Part shown: piece by piece, positions 9,297-17,340 of the stretch
How the letters are laid out: the number at the start of each line of letters is the position of its first letter
Position numbering within the stretch: position 1 is the stretch's first letter
DNA from: an uncultured virus (IMG/VR IMGVR_UViG_3300030098_002223)
Lineage: Duplodnaviria > Heunggongvirae > Uroviricota > Caudoviricetes
Virus record (IMG/VR): IMGVR_UViG_3300030098_002223
Strand: one strand, 5' to 3'
DNA length: 20,438 nt
Made by a program: the position numbers and the translations under genes
Notes under the pieces: generated by a model
Databases searched by the model: none
What the model was told of the DNA's origin: nothing
What the model saw: the letters and a program-made list of their open reading frames with translations, nothing else

Positions 9297-9553
9297 GGTT
9301 CAAGTATCTCTATTGTTTGGCACCAATCTTTAGGTATCGCAAGGATATCTATACCATCGGTGTCAGACCAATGCTGTAGTAGTATTAAAGCTTTTGGGTC
9401 ATCTATTATTATTTCACCAATGGTCTCACAAACTGCTAAATGTTTTTCTGGATTTTTAGCATTGATAGTGTGAACTTTAATTTGTTGAGCTGCGTCTAAC
9501 CAAGTTACCTTAGCTAAAGGTCCTACTGCACCTATTCCTGCGTGATGGCCCAT
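9260..9553 (-). CDS. Small beta-barrel hypothetical protein
   Basis: Pattern VTWLDA...CETIG.II...AIP..W...I recalled from small phage proteins; overlaps both neighbours. Confidence 0.6.
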   Translation of the reverse strand: MGHHAGIGAVGPLAKVTWLDAAQQIKVHTINAKNPEKHLAVCETIGEIIIDDPKALILLQHWSDTDGIDILAIPKDWCQTIEILEPCTSENSESQPE

Positions 9554-9891
9554 TTTTTATAATCCTCAAATAATCCTGCAACAATATTTAAATCAATATC
9601 ATGTTGATAATATTTTGCATTAGGTGGTGTTTCGGATACCATTACAGGGTTGTATGGTTTTTCAAACAATACTCTGTCGTATGGTATCTGGTTATCTGCT
9701 AACCATTCTTTGGTGGCCATAACCCAATCTAACGAGTTAGGTCTTTTACACCATATAGTTATTTGATGGTCATTCTTTTTTAACCACAACATAAAATCTT
9801 TGACATTAGCCAAAGGGCGTGCTCTTTCTACTTCAATGTAGTCTTTACATGGAGTACAAATTACTCCATCCATTCCAAATACTAGATTCAT
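9532..9891 (-). CDS. Capless HAD-fold protein, probably catalytically degenerate
   Basis: LVFGMDGVIC (DxDGT-like), ITIWCKR, TKEWL...IPYDRVLFEKP as in capsule-phosphatase-like HADs. The nucleophile Asp is Gly and the DD motif IV is missing. Confidence 0.7.
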   Translation of the reverse strand: MNLVFGMDGVICTPCKDYIEVERARPLANVKDFMLWLKKNDHQITIWCKRPNSLDWVMATKEWLADNQIPYDRVLFEKPYNPVMVSETPPNAKYYQHDIDLNIVAGLFEDYKKWAITQE

Positions 9892-11375
9892 TTCAATTCC
9901 TCATTTATTTTAGATACCCAGTCAATCCATTTCTTACCTATAACTTCCCAGCTATAGTATTTTTTAGCATGTAATCTACCTGCCTTTCCTGCTGCTATTC
10001 TTTTATCTGGGTTATTAAAATAATAGTCAAGCGCTTCACATATAGCATTTTCCGAGGCTATGGCTCGTTGTGGGGCTGCTCTTGCAGGTGTGTCCCACCA
10101 CATATCTTTATAAGGTATTAATATACCTCTTTCGCAAATGTCTGATTCTTCTAAGTAATCTCTCCCATTAGGACCAGCATCATTTTGCTGACCACCTAAA
10201 GGAAACATAGGTACTTCTTCATTCTCAGCATCTTCACTTTTAACTAGTTCGTATCCTGTAGTATAGTTAGTTACACATATAGGAACTCCACATGACATAG
10301 CTTCTAACGTAGGTATACCAAATCCTTCACCGGCAGTAGGTAAAACAAATACATCCATACAATTATATAAATTAGCCATATCTTCCTCAGTGATTGCTTG
10401 TCCCATATCTAAAGTACCCATGAGAGGAGGTAGTAGGTATTCTTCCAAACCATATTGTGCAGCAAAGTCTGGGAATTTCCACCCCATAGCATCATTCCAA
10501 TCCATATGTAATATTAATTTAGTTTCATCAGATGTTAGTTTGTTCTTCTGTACAAACTGAGCATATCCTTTTATTAACCGAGGTATATTTTTTCTATGTT
10601 GGTTTCTTGCTACACAACCTACTATAAATGCATTAGGTTTATCCATATCTTTACCATACTTAGGTTTCATTATAGGTTTAAATAATTTAGTATCTACTCC
10701 ATGAGGGATGTAAGTTGTATCATAACCAAAATCTTTCTTTAAACCTTGTTGACCGTACTTAGACATAGCTACACCATAATCTATAGACTTCAACTGGTCA
10801 CCCCATGCTGGTATGGATGGTTCTCCATCATAAGGAATAATACAAGCTAACTTCCATGGAGGACCTCTAGCCATATCTTTATATGCTCTATTTAAGAGTT
10901 CTGTTCTTTCTTTTCTACTCAATATAACACCTTTATCATTGTACATTGGTAGTTGTACATGAGTCGGGTTTTTAGCATCAGTCATGTGTTTAAACATTTG
11001 AAAGTCTAAATGTCCTAAAATTAAATCTGGTCTAAAACCTTTTATCCATTGTGGGAAAGATTTTTCTCCAAATTTTTCTTGACCCGGAGCTATGATTGGT
11101 AAATTTTCAAATGTAACTACTTTCTCAGTTTGTCCTAAAGGCCAAGGAGTTTGCCATTTACTATGTACTGGGTTTTGACATCCCCCATATCCTATATGGT
11201 GACCTTCATTATGTAATATAGCTGCTATATTTTTAGTGTTGGTTCCAAACCCTGTTGGTGCCCATGGGCTATCAGACACTGGCATTATTCTCAACTTACC
11301 TTTTTTGGGTGTATCAAAGTCCATGTCTCCTAATCTTTTACCTACTGTATTCTCGTTATTACTTGCGAAATCCAT
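9888..11375 (-). CDS. GT-B fold glycosyltransferase (GT4-like)
   Basis: PTGFG, IPHGVD...F, VARNQHRKN, DVFVLPTAGEGFGIPTLEAMSCGVP, YSWEVI. Confidence 0.9.
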   Translation of the reverse strand: MDFASNNENTVGKRLGDMDFDTPKKGKLRIMPVSDSPWAPTGFGTNTKNIAAILHNEGHHIGYGGCQNPVHSKWQTPWPLGQTEKVVTFENLPIIAPGQEKFGEKSFPQWIKGFRPDLILGHLDFQMFKHMTDAKNPTHVQLPMYNDKGVILSRKERTELLNRAYKDMARGPPWKLACIIPYDGEPSIPAWGDQLKSIDYGVAMSKYGQQGLKKDFGYDTTYIPHGVDTKLFKPIMKPKYGKDMDKPNAFIVGCVARNQHRKNIPRLIKGYAQFVQKNKLTSDETKLILHMDWNDAMGWKFPDFAAQYGLEEYLLPPLMGTLDMGQAITEEDMANLYNCMDVFVLPTAGEGFGIPTLEAMSCGVPICVTNYTTGYELVKSEDAENEEVPMFPLGGQQNDAGPNGRDYLEESDICERGILIPYKDMWWDTPARAAPQRAIASENAICEALDYYFNNPDKRIAAGKAGRLHAKKYYSWEVIGKKWIDWVSKINEELK

Positions 11376-11390
11376 ATGTACCTCTCTGTT

Positions 11391-11585
11391 TTATTGCTTT
11401 ATAGCTATAATATCTTTTTTATTAACAATAACGGTACCCTTTTCACCGGTTAGATAGACAAAATTATCATCATCATTCGTTATCATTCCTCTTCCTACTT
11501 TCGTTCTTTCTTCTTCTCGCCAAACCACTTTGACTTCTGCGTCTGTCAAAAATGCAGACAAAGGTTTACTTTCTTTTTCATCCAT
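11391..11585 (-). CDS. Sm/Lsm/Hfq-like small protein
   Basis: 64 aa from MDEKESK: short helix, then VKVVW...GRGMITNDDDNFVYL...VIVNKKDIIAI, matching the Sm1/Sm2 strand layout. Confidence 0.55.
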   Translation of the reverse strand: MDEKESKPLSAFLTDAEVKVVWREEERTKVGRGMITNDDDNFVYLTGEKGTVIVNKKDIIAIKQ

Positions 11586-11596
11586 TATATCACTTC

Positions 11597-11630
11597 CCCC
11601 GAAGGGTAGGAGCAGCAAACGTGCTGTCCT
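11597..11630 (-). promoter_or_regulatory. Two-hairpin 5' leader of the Sm-like gene
   Basis: AGGA-CAGCA-cgtt-TGCTG-c-TCCT followed by CCC-TTCG-GGG; GC-rich in an AT-rich context. Confidence 0.5.
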
Positions 11631-11651
11631 TATTATTTATTACACTCCATA

Positions 11652-11668
11652 GTATTTAAAGATTTGCC
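11652..11668 (-). promoter_or_regulatory. Archaeal BRE-TATA promoter
   Basis: GGCAAATC-TTTAAATAC overlapping the HNH stop codon; predicted TSS near 11630. Confidence 0.55.
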
Positions 11669-12054
11669 CTAATATATGATATTACTTCTCTGAACTTATC
11701 CTCATCGTACTTACTTCTCCCCACGTTAGATATACGAGAACATATTACAATATTATCTTTAGTATAATCTTCTCCGCACTTAATTCTATCTACACTGAGA
11801 GCGAGTGGGTGCCAAGATACGTTAGTCCATTCTGGGTCCAATGGTATATCTAACCAATAACATTTACCACCTTGTTTATTATAGAAAATATCTTCTAAAT
11901 CCTCTGCATCAAAGTCTACCTTTTTAGGTATATAATTGGGTTTTAATTTCTTTTGCCCTGCATAACCTTTAGGACCATAGTCAGCACTCTTCTTGACATT
12001 ATAATATAATCTTCCAAATGGGTTACTATATTTTCTTGCTCCCATTATACCCAC
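11656..12054 (-). CDS. HNH-like (His-Me finger) endonuclease
   Basis: QGGKCYW...LSVDRI....YTKDNIVICS..SN...SK, the SxDR variant of HNH. Confidence 0.7.
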   Translation of the reverse strand: MGIMGARKYSNPFGRLYYNVKKSADYGPKGYAGQKKLKPNYIPKKVDFDAEDLEDIFYNKQGGKCYWLDIPLDPEWTNVSWHPLALSVDRIKCGEDYTKDNIVICSRISNVGRSKYDEDKFREVISYIRANL

Positions 12055-14279
12055 TCCGCTAATGTTTGTTGACTTTTATCCAAGAGGGTAATAGGTGGTT
12101 TCTTTTTAACCTTATCCTTTAGATTAAATTTTATCAATAGATTACTGATAGTATCCCAGTAATATGTTATGTCTATTTCTTCTATGGATGTAATAGTTTC
12201 TTTAAGTTTATATCCTTCCTTAGTCTTAGCATAAAAGTAAGTAGTACCAACTGAGGGGTCTATACCTATTTCTTTGCCTAGGTTAGATAATGTTACCGTC
12301 AAATCAGTATCTGATTTATATTCATCATACCCTCGGTTCATGCTTCTACGCATAATAAAGTCGTCTAACACATACTCATCAAGATTATATAACTTATCGA
12401 CAAAAGAACTTGTAACGGTGTTATTTAACCGAGCGTCAGATAATTTATCTAACACCTTATTATAGAATTTAGAGCGGCTCTTTGATTTAAATGTGCTTCC
12501 ATGCTTCGTAACACTACCATCCAAGTTACGCAATATATAATTACCAACTTGAATCCATACACCCTCATCATACTCATCCTTATCCATATCGATATGAACT
12601 GATTCACATTGACCGTTGAGTTTATATTCTAATAATTTACGCAATCTATTAGTTAACCATTGTTCGTCAACATCCACATTAGTATTAATCCCATCTGTAT
12701 GTACATATACCACAGCATCTTCTCCATATCTGCCACGGATGATATCGACGGCCGAAAGGATGAGGAACCGCGCCATCGCGGTGATAGTAATACCCACAGC
12801 CATATCACCGTAAGTAATGTAAGGATTAGCGTTTGCACCATAGAAAGTATTCACCATTATTTTAAGAGCATCGGACTTACTCTTGTCCTCTTTAGTCTTA
12901 CCAGCCTTATAAGGTTTTCGCATCTCTTTAAATGTAGAACACATATTATACAAACAACTATTCTCAGTTCTGTCAATTTTCACCATCAACCTTTTGTTAA
13001 CTTTATTATCAGGAACATAGAGGATTCCATCCTTAAACTCTATATCTGGGGTATACTCATCATAGCCCACAATTCTAGTCGTATCAGGCCCTAAGTTGAG
13101 AGCCATCGCTATAGAGGGGTAATACGAACTAAAATCTATTTTAAAGTTCTTAGCTTCAAAGCCCGGTCTATACAATTGAATGTGTGCAGCTTGGTAGTTG
13201 CCCTTATCAAATCTAAAAATTTGACTATGTCGCTCTTTGTTTCTATCAAGCGCTACTATGCCCTGCTCAAATAGAGCCCTGCCCTGTAGAATTTTCGTAA
13301 TGTAGCTACTGGGGGCGTTTATATAGGTCGCTAAGGGGACACAGAGAACCTCTGCTACGTATTGTATTTGTGGAAAGTAGTGGTTATACATAAACATTGT
13401 GCAGTCCACATCAGACAGAACGTAGTCTTCGATTTCTTGTAGCGAGTAGTCCATTAGGGTTTTGCTACCGAAGTCGAGCTCAATTGGATTGAGCCCAAAT
13501 GCTTGAGATACCTGCTTTAGACCACGAGGCAAGCCTGACAAAGAATAGTCCAGTCGTGCCCAGCGAAGGAGGTCGAGTATAACTCGGCCACCAGCTGCCA
13601 TCTTTAATTCACGTTGGTCCTTAGGGTCTTCATAGCCCCAGCTAGACCCATCTCGGTTGAGATGTTTTTTATATTGGGTTTCGTTTATATGATTATACCG
13701 AACTCTGTGTAGTATTTGTGGAATATCATAACCCACAAGATTCCACCCCGCAATAATATCAGGGTCATAGTCTTGTACAAAATTTGCGAAGTCCCATAAC
13801 AGTTGTTTATCATCTTGATTCTCATTATCCCATAGGAAGACTTTGCGCTCTCCGGTGGAACAGACAATGCCGATTGCTACGACAGGATATTTCTCTCCAA
13901 AAGGAAAGGTCCCATCGGGGGAGTGTGTTTCTATATCAAACACAAGGCATTTAACTTCTTTGTCGTTAGGGTAATCAGCAAAGAACTTAGGATGTTCTAT
14001 GCATAACCTTTCGAGTAAAGTTTCTCTTCCACCATCAAAGAGTGCGTGAGTAGGAATATGGTCCCTACCCGGTGTATATTCGTGCTTCTTTAGGTTGACA
14101 GTTTTATCAGAGCCTATAAGCTTCTTAGTCTCCCCTAAGTCATCCTCAGTATAGAAGTATGGTGTAAACGGAGACTTAACAGCCTCAGCTTGACCATTCC
14201 TATACATCTTGACCATCAAAGAATTATCTTTAAGGTTTATTGTGCGTTTGTTTATACTAGCAATAAGGGGAACTTTCAT
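12045..14279 (-). CDS. polB: Family B DNA polymerase with 3'-5' exonuclease and C-terminal PIP box
   Basis: ExoI FDIET, ExoII WN..GYD, ExoIII YVLSD, motif A DFSSYYPSI, motif B K..VNTFYG, motif C YVHTDG; ends QQTLAEWV (PCNA-interacting). Confidence 0.95.
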   Translation of the reverse strand: MKVPLIASINKRTINLKDNSLMVKMYRNGQAEAVKSPFTPYFYTEDDLGETKKLIGSDKTVNLKKHEYTPGRDHIPTHALFDGGRETLLERLCIEHPKFFADYPNDKEVKCLVFDIETHSPDGTFPFGEKYPVVAIGIVCSTGERKVFLWDNENQDDKQLLWDFANFVQDYDPDIIAGWNLVGYDIPQILHRVRYNHINETQYKKHLNRDGSSWGYEDPKDQRELKMAAGGRVILDLLRWARLDYSLSGLPRGLKQVSQAFGLNPIELDFGSKTLMDYSLQEIEDYVLSDVDCTMFMYNHYFPQIQYVAEVLCVPLATYINAPSSYITKILQGRALFEQGIVALDRNKERHSQIFRFDKGNYQAAHIQLYRPGFEAKNFKIDFSSYYPSIAMALNLGPDTTRIVGYDEYTPDIEFKDGILYVPDNKVNKRLMVKIDRTENSCLYNMCSTFKEMRKPYKAGKTKEDKSKSDALKIMVNTFYGANANPYITYGDMAVGITITAMARFLILSAVDIIRGRYGEDAVVYVHTDGINTNVDVDEQWLTNRLRKLLEYKLNGQCESVHIDMDKDEYDEGVWIQVGNYILRNLDGSVTKHGSTFKSKSRSKFYNKVLDKLSDARLNNTVTSSFVDKLYNLDEYVLDDFIMRRSMNRGYDEYKSDTDLTVTLSNLGKEIGIDPSVGTTYFYAKTKEGYKLKETITSIEEIDITYYWDTISNLLIKFNLKDKVKKKPPITLLDKSQQTLAEWV

Positions 14280-14521
14280 TCCACCCTCTTGATTTCATCT
14301 TCTTTTTTTATTTCCCACATCTTAATAAGAGAGTTAGCATCTTGTATAGCTTTACCCCATGCTCGATGTATTCGTGCAGCTGTATCATCGTCTCCTTTTA
14401 TCTCAGGTTCTAAATGAGCTGACATATCATAGTGGTAATCACTACACAATTTTAACATTTCAATCCACTGCTGTCTTTCGTCATCTGTGTTGACTGTGAG
14501 TTTTTTAATATCTACAGTCAT
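14276..14521 (-). CDS. Hypothetical helical protein
   Basis: 81 aa; TAATG and ATGA overlaps with its neighbours. Confidence 0.7.
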   Translation of the reverse strand: MTVDIKKLTVNTDDERQQWIEMLKLCSDYHYDMSAHLEPEIKGDDDTAARIHRAWGKAIQDANSLIKMWEIKKEDEIKRVE

Positions 14522-14841
14522 TAGTTCTCCTGATGGTAAGCTTCCATGTCTTCCTTAGACATTCTATTAAATAATTTATCCATATTATTTACCATCAACT
14601 CGGATAACTTTATATTATATACGTCACACAATCGTGTAAGATACCATAAAACGTCACCTAGTTCATCTATGATTAACTCTGTATTGTCTATTCTATCTCT
14701 TATCTCTTTTTTAAATGCTCCACCAACTTCACCGGCTTCATTCATTAAACCTATCATTAGGTATTCTTTTTCTCTACGTTTAGGATACTTCGCAGTTTTG
14801 CGAGTAAAATCCGTGTAGGTAGTTTCTATTCCTTTTACCAT
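14521..14841 (-). CDS. MazG-like nucleoside triphosphate pyrophosphohydrolase
   Basis: GLMNEAGEV...KK...DELGDVLWY...N..KL..R (ExxE...ExxD). Confidence 0.88.
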   Translation of the reverse strand: MVKGIETTYTDFTRKTAKYPKRREKEYLMIGLMNEAGEVGGAFKKEIRDRIDNTELIIDELGDVLWYLTRLCDVYNIKLSELMVNNMDKLFNRMSKEDMEAYHQEN

Positions 14842-15149
14842 ATGTTTAACTCCTCTGGTATTTTTGAGAGAATATTCTTTCTCTCAGTAGGGAGATAGCG
14901 GTATACTAAGTCTGCCTTTTGGTCGCTTTGTATGACCCACGGTTTAACTATAATTAAATCGTTCTCTCTACACCACATTCTTTTCTTCAGTTTACCACCG
15001 ATTCTAATCATGCGGGTTTTATTATCAGCACAGAGGGCTCTCATTCTAGAGCCACCTGTCATCTCAACTACAACAGCGAACATCTCATCTCGCTTAGGTA
15101 GTCTACTTCTTTTGAAAGTGTTCGTAGACTGTTTGGACTTCTTCGTCAT
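14835..15149 (-). CDS. eif1a: Archaeal translation initiation factor aIF-1A
   Basis: RLP...EMFAVV..M.GGSRM...C.D.KTR..RI.GK.KKRMW.RE.D..IV.PW......KAD..YRY; SD GGAG upstream. Confidence 0.93.
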   Translation of the reverse strand: MTKKSKQSTNTFKRSRLPKRDEMFAVVVEMTGGSRMRALCADNKTRMIRIGGKLKKRMWCRENDLIIVKPWVIQSDQKADLVYRYLPTERKNILSKIPEELNIW

Positions 15150-16575
15150 TGTAATCTCCTTCTGCGTTTAATAGAAAAGACTCATAGTCTTTAATCTTTG
15201 CATCTTTTGCGGTCTTGAATATTTTGTCATAATCTGCTGACTCTACTTCTACCGCACTCTTTGCTCTCTCACCCAGTTCAATATTGTTCCCAGTAAACGG
15301 GTCAACAATCTTAATACTGCTACAATTGCTCCTAATGTATTCATCAGATACTTCAGACCAATTCTCTCTAACAAACTCTTTTGTTTCTTCAATTAAATCA
15401 CTCCAATTTATTTTTGATACTGGTTCATTGATAAGAGGACTCTTGAAATATAAAGTTCTCTTACCATCATCTTCACTTTCTAAGAAACCAGTCATTAACA
15501 ATCCTGTTATTACTGGTCTCAGTTTGGTAAAGGGTAAACCTGCTGCTTTTGCAGCTTTTTTCATCTCTCCTTCAGACATCTTGACAGTGTCACTATCAGC
15601 GAAACCAAACTTATCTAACCTTGTGTCTGGAAATAATTTCAATATGTCAGTTCCATGACTTGGCATATGTAAACACTCTTCAACAAATGAGTTGAGATAT
15701 ATTCTCAGTCCAAGCCAGTTGTGTTTGGGTGACACTAAACCATAGGTTACACCATCTTTCTCTACTTTAGTTATTTCATTAGGATAAAATCTAGCTATTG
15801 CGTTGATTAACCTTAATAAATATTGAACCTTTGAACGAGATACGGGAAAGGCTGATGGTATAGCATCAAATAAGAATGGTGCACATGGGTTTTTTAACTC
15901 AGTTGCATCATCATCATCCCTTTCTCTAATAGCATCAAGAATATGTTCTTTCAACCCTTCTATTTCTTCATCACTCATAGAAGACATAGTTGTCTTTGGT
16001 AATGCTGAGTGCATTAGTTTATGTTTCAAGACTAGTTCTGTCTGCTTAACAGTTGGGTTAGTATGCATTATCATACATCTACGTTCTAACTCTGCATCAA
16101 ACATAGCTGAACCTTTGTCGTTCTCTACTGCAACTGCCATCAAAACATATTTAGGTTCTAACCATTGTGTGACTGAAGCTTTGATTGTTACATCTGTTTT
16201 CTTTCTGGTAGCTGTCCTACCGTCTGCCCAAGTCTTAATTATTTCCATTACACCCTCAGGTATCTTCTGTGCCTCCGGTATAGCTACAAATCTAGCATTG
16301 TTAATGGCTTCTTCATCATACCATATAGCTGTCTCAGACATATGTTCAACAGTATATATGTATTTATCAGGTAATAAGTTACCTATCGCTTCCATCAACA
16401 CAGTCTTACCTGTTCCACTATATGCTTTGATACAGAAATTAGTATCAGATAGTAAATAAGATAGGCTAGTAGTTAATGCTAATGCATCTTCTCCCAATAT
16501 AGGAAATAATGTTCCATCCTTCTTTTTTGCGTTGTGGAAATACCTCAACAAATCATATATTTCAAGTCTTTTCAT
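15103..16575 (-). CDS. AAA+ ATPase, MCM-like putative replicative helicase
   Basis: Walker A AYSGTGKT, Walker B-like FVAIPE, sensor region, arginine finger ELERR, helical lid and a possible C-terminal wHTH; located between SSB-like and polB genes. Confidence 0.65.
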   Translation of the reverse strand: MKRLEIYDLLRYFHNAKKKDGTLFPILGEDALALTTSLSYLLSDTNFCIKAYSGTGKTVLMEAIGNLLPDKYIYTVEHMSETAIWYDEEAINNARFVAIPEAQKIPEGVMEIIKTWADGRTATRKKTDVTIKASVTQWLEPKYVLMAVAVENDKGSAMFDAELERRCMIMHTNPTVKQTELVLKHKLMHSALPKTTMSSMSDEEIEGLKEHILDAIRERDDDDATELKNPCAPFLFDAIPSAFPVSRSKVQYLLRLINAIARFYPNEITKVEKDGVTYGLVSPKHNWLGLRIYLNSFVEECLHMPSHGTDILKLFPDTRLDKFGFADSDTVKMSEGEMKKAAKAAGLPFTKLRPVITGLLMTGFLESEDDGKRTLYFKSPLINEPVSKINWSDLIEETKEFVRENWSEVSDEYIRSNCSSIKIVDPFTGNNIELGERAKSAVEVESADYDKIFKTAKDAKIKDYESFLLNAEGDYNDEEVQTVYEHFQKK

Positions 16576-16678
16576 AATGTTCCTCTTCTTTTCTTAGTCT
16601 TTTCCAAAGAAAATATGCAAGGGCTACAATAGGCCCATCTAATATAAATATTATTGTTAAATAGTCTATTAAATCCAT
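16562..16678 (-). CDS. 38-aa single-pass membrane micro-protein (not in ORF track)
   Basis: MDLIDYLTIIFILDGPIVALAYFLWKRLRKEEEHYEKT*: hydrophobic stretch followed by KRLRK; overlaps both neighbours. Confidence 0.6.
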   Translation of the reverse strand: MDLIDYLTIIFILDGPIVALAYFLWKRLRKEEEHYEKT

Positions 16679-17340
16679 ACTTCCCTCGCATTTACTAGAT
16701 TGAGTATGTTGTGTTCACATAACTTGACTGCATACTTTTTAAGTTCCTTTTCTTCGATAGCTGGAAACCTATCCTTTAATAATAAAAATAAATCTATCAT
16801 TGTAATTGGTTGTCCGTCTTTGTCCTTTAGGAATTCAGCTACCTCTTCTGGTATAACCCATCTATATTTTTGTTCCTCACTGTTGGTTAAGTTAGGTCTA
16901 AACTTTTCCTCTACAAACATTTCATTGTCAGTTTTCTTTACAATATATCCATTAGTTTCTCTACCGAACGTAGTTGTAACCTTACCTTTCTCAAATTCAA
17001 AAACGAGGTCAGTAGGGTTTATTCCCTCTTCAATAAGCTGAGAGAATATTTTCTGGCACTCAGTATGAGAAGCGATAGTAAGTGTTAGGTGCTTCACTTC
17101 TTTCATTTCACTGATATATATTCCGTAAGTAAATTCATTAATCTTAGGTGTTCCATTCTTACAGAAGACACATTCTGCTTCTTTTGCCCAACACTTATTG
17201 CGTTTCTTTGTAGTAGGATTCCAATGTTTAACTCTATGTATAGGGGCTATAAAGGCAAACTGTCCCAAAGCTTTCATTGAGTCTAATAACCACACTCTCG
17301 AACTTCGGGGCGATTGTATCCAATCTTTGTATTCACTCAT
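16669..17340 (-). CDS. Putative Zn-binding ssDNA-binding protein (gp32-like)
   Basis: HW...KCW....CVFC (H-C-C-C Zn site) within OB-like strands; adjacent to the helicase-like gene. Confidence 0.5.
   Translation of the reverse strand: MSEYKDWIQSPRSSRVWLLDSMKALGQFAFIAPIHRVKHWNPTTKKRNKCWAKEAECVFCKNGTPKINEFTYGIYISEMKEVKHLTLTIASHTECQKIFSQLIEEGINPTDLVFEFEKGKVTTTFGRETNGYIVKKTDNEMFVEEKFRPNLTNSEEQKYRWVIPEEVAEFLKDKDGQPITMIDLFLLLKDRFPAIEEKELKKYAVKLCEHNILNLVNAREVWI

Noticed and set aside
12738..12785. Hammerhead ribozyme suggested by GGCCGAAAGG and GATGA
   Set aside because: No CUGAnGA core or correctly placed GAAA/cleavage triplet.
5020..16575. Inteins or introns in RNR, PolB or the helicase-like gene
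   Set aside because: Proteins are of compact length with contiguous motifs and no intein splice signatures.
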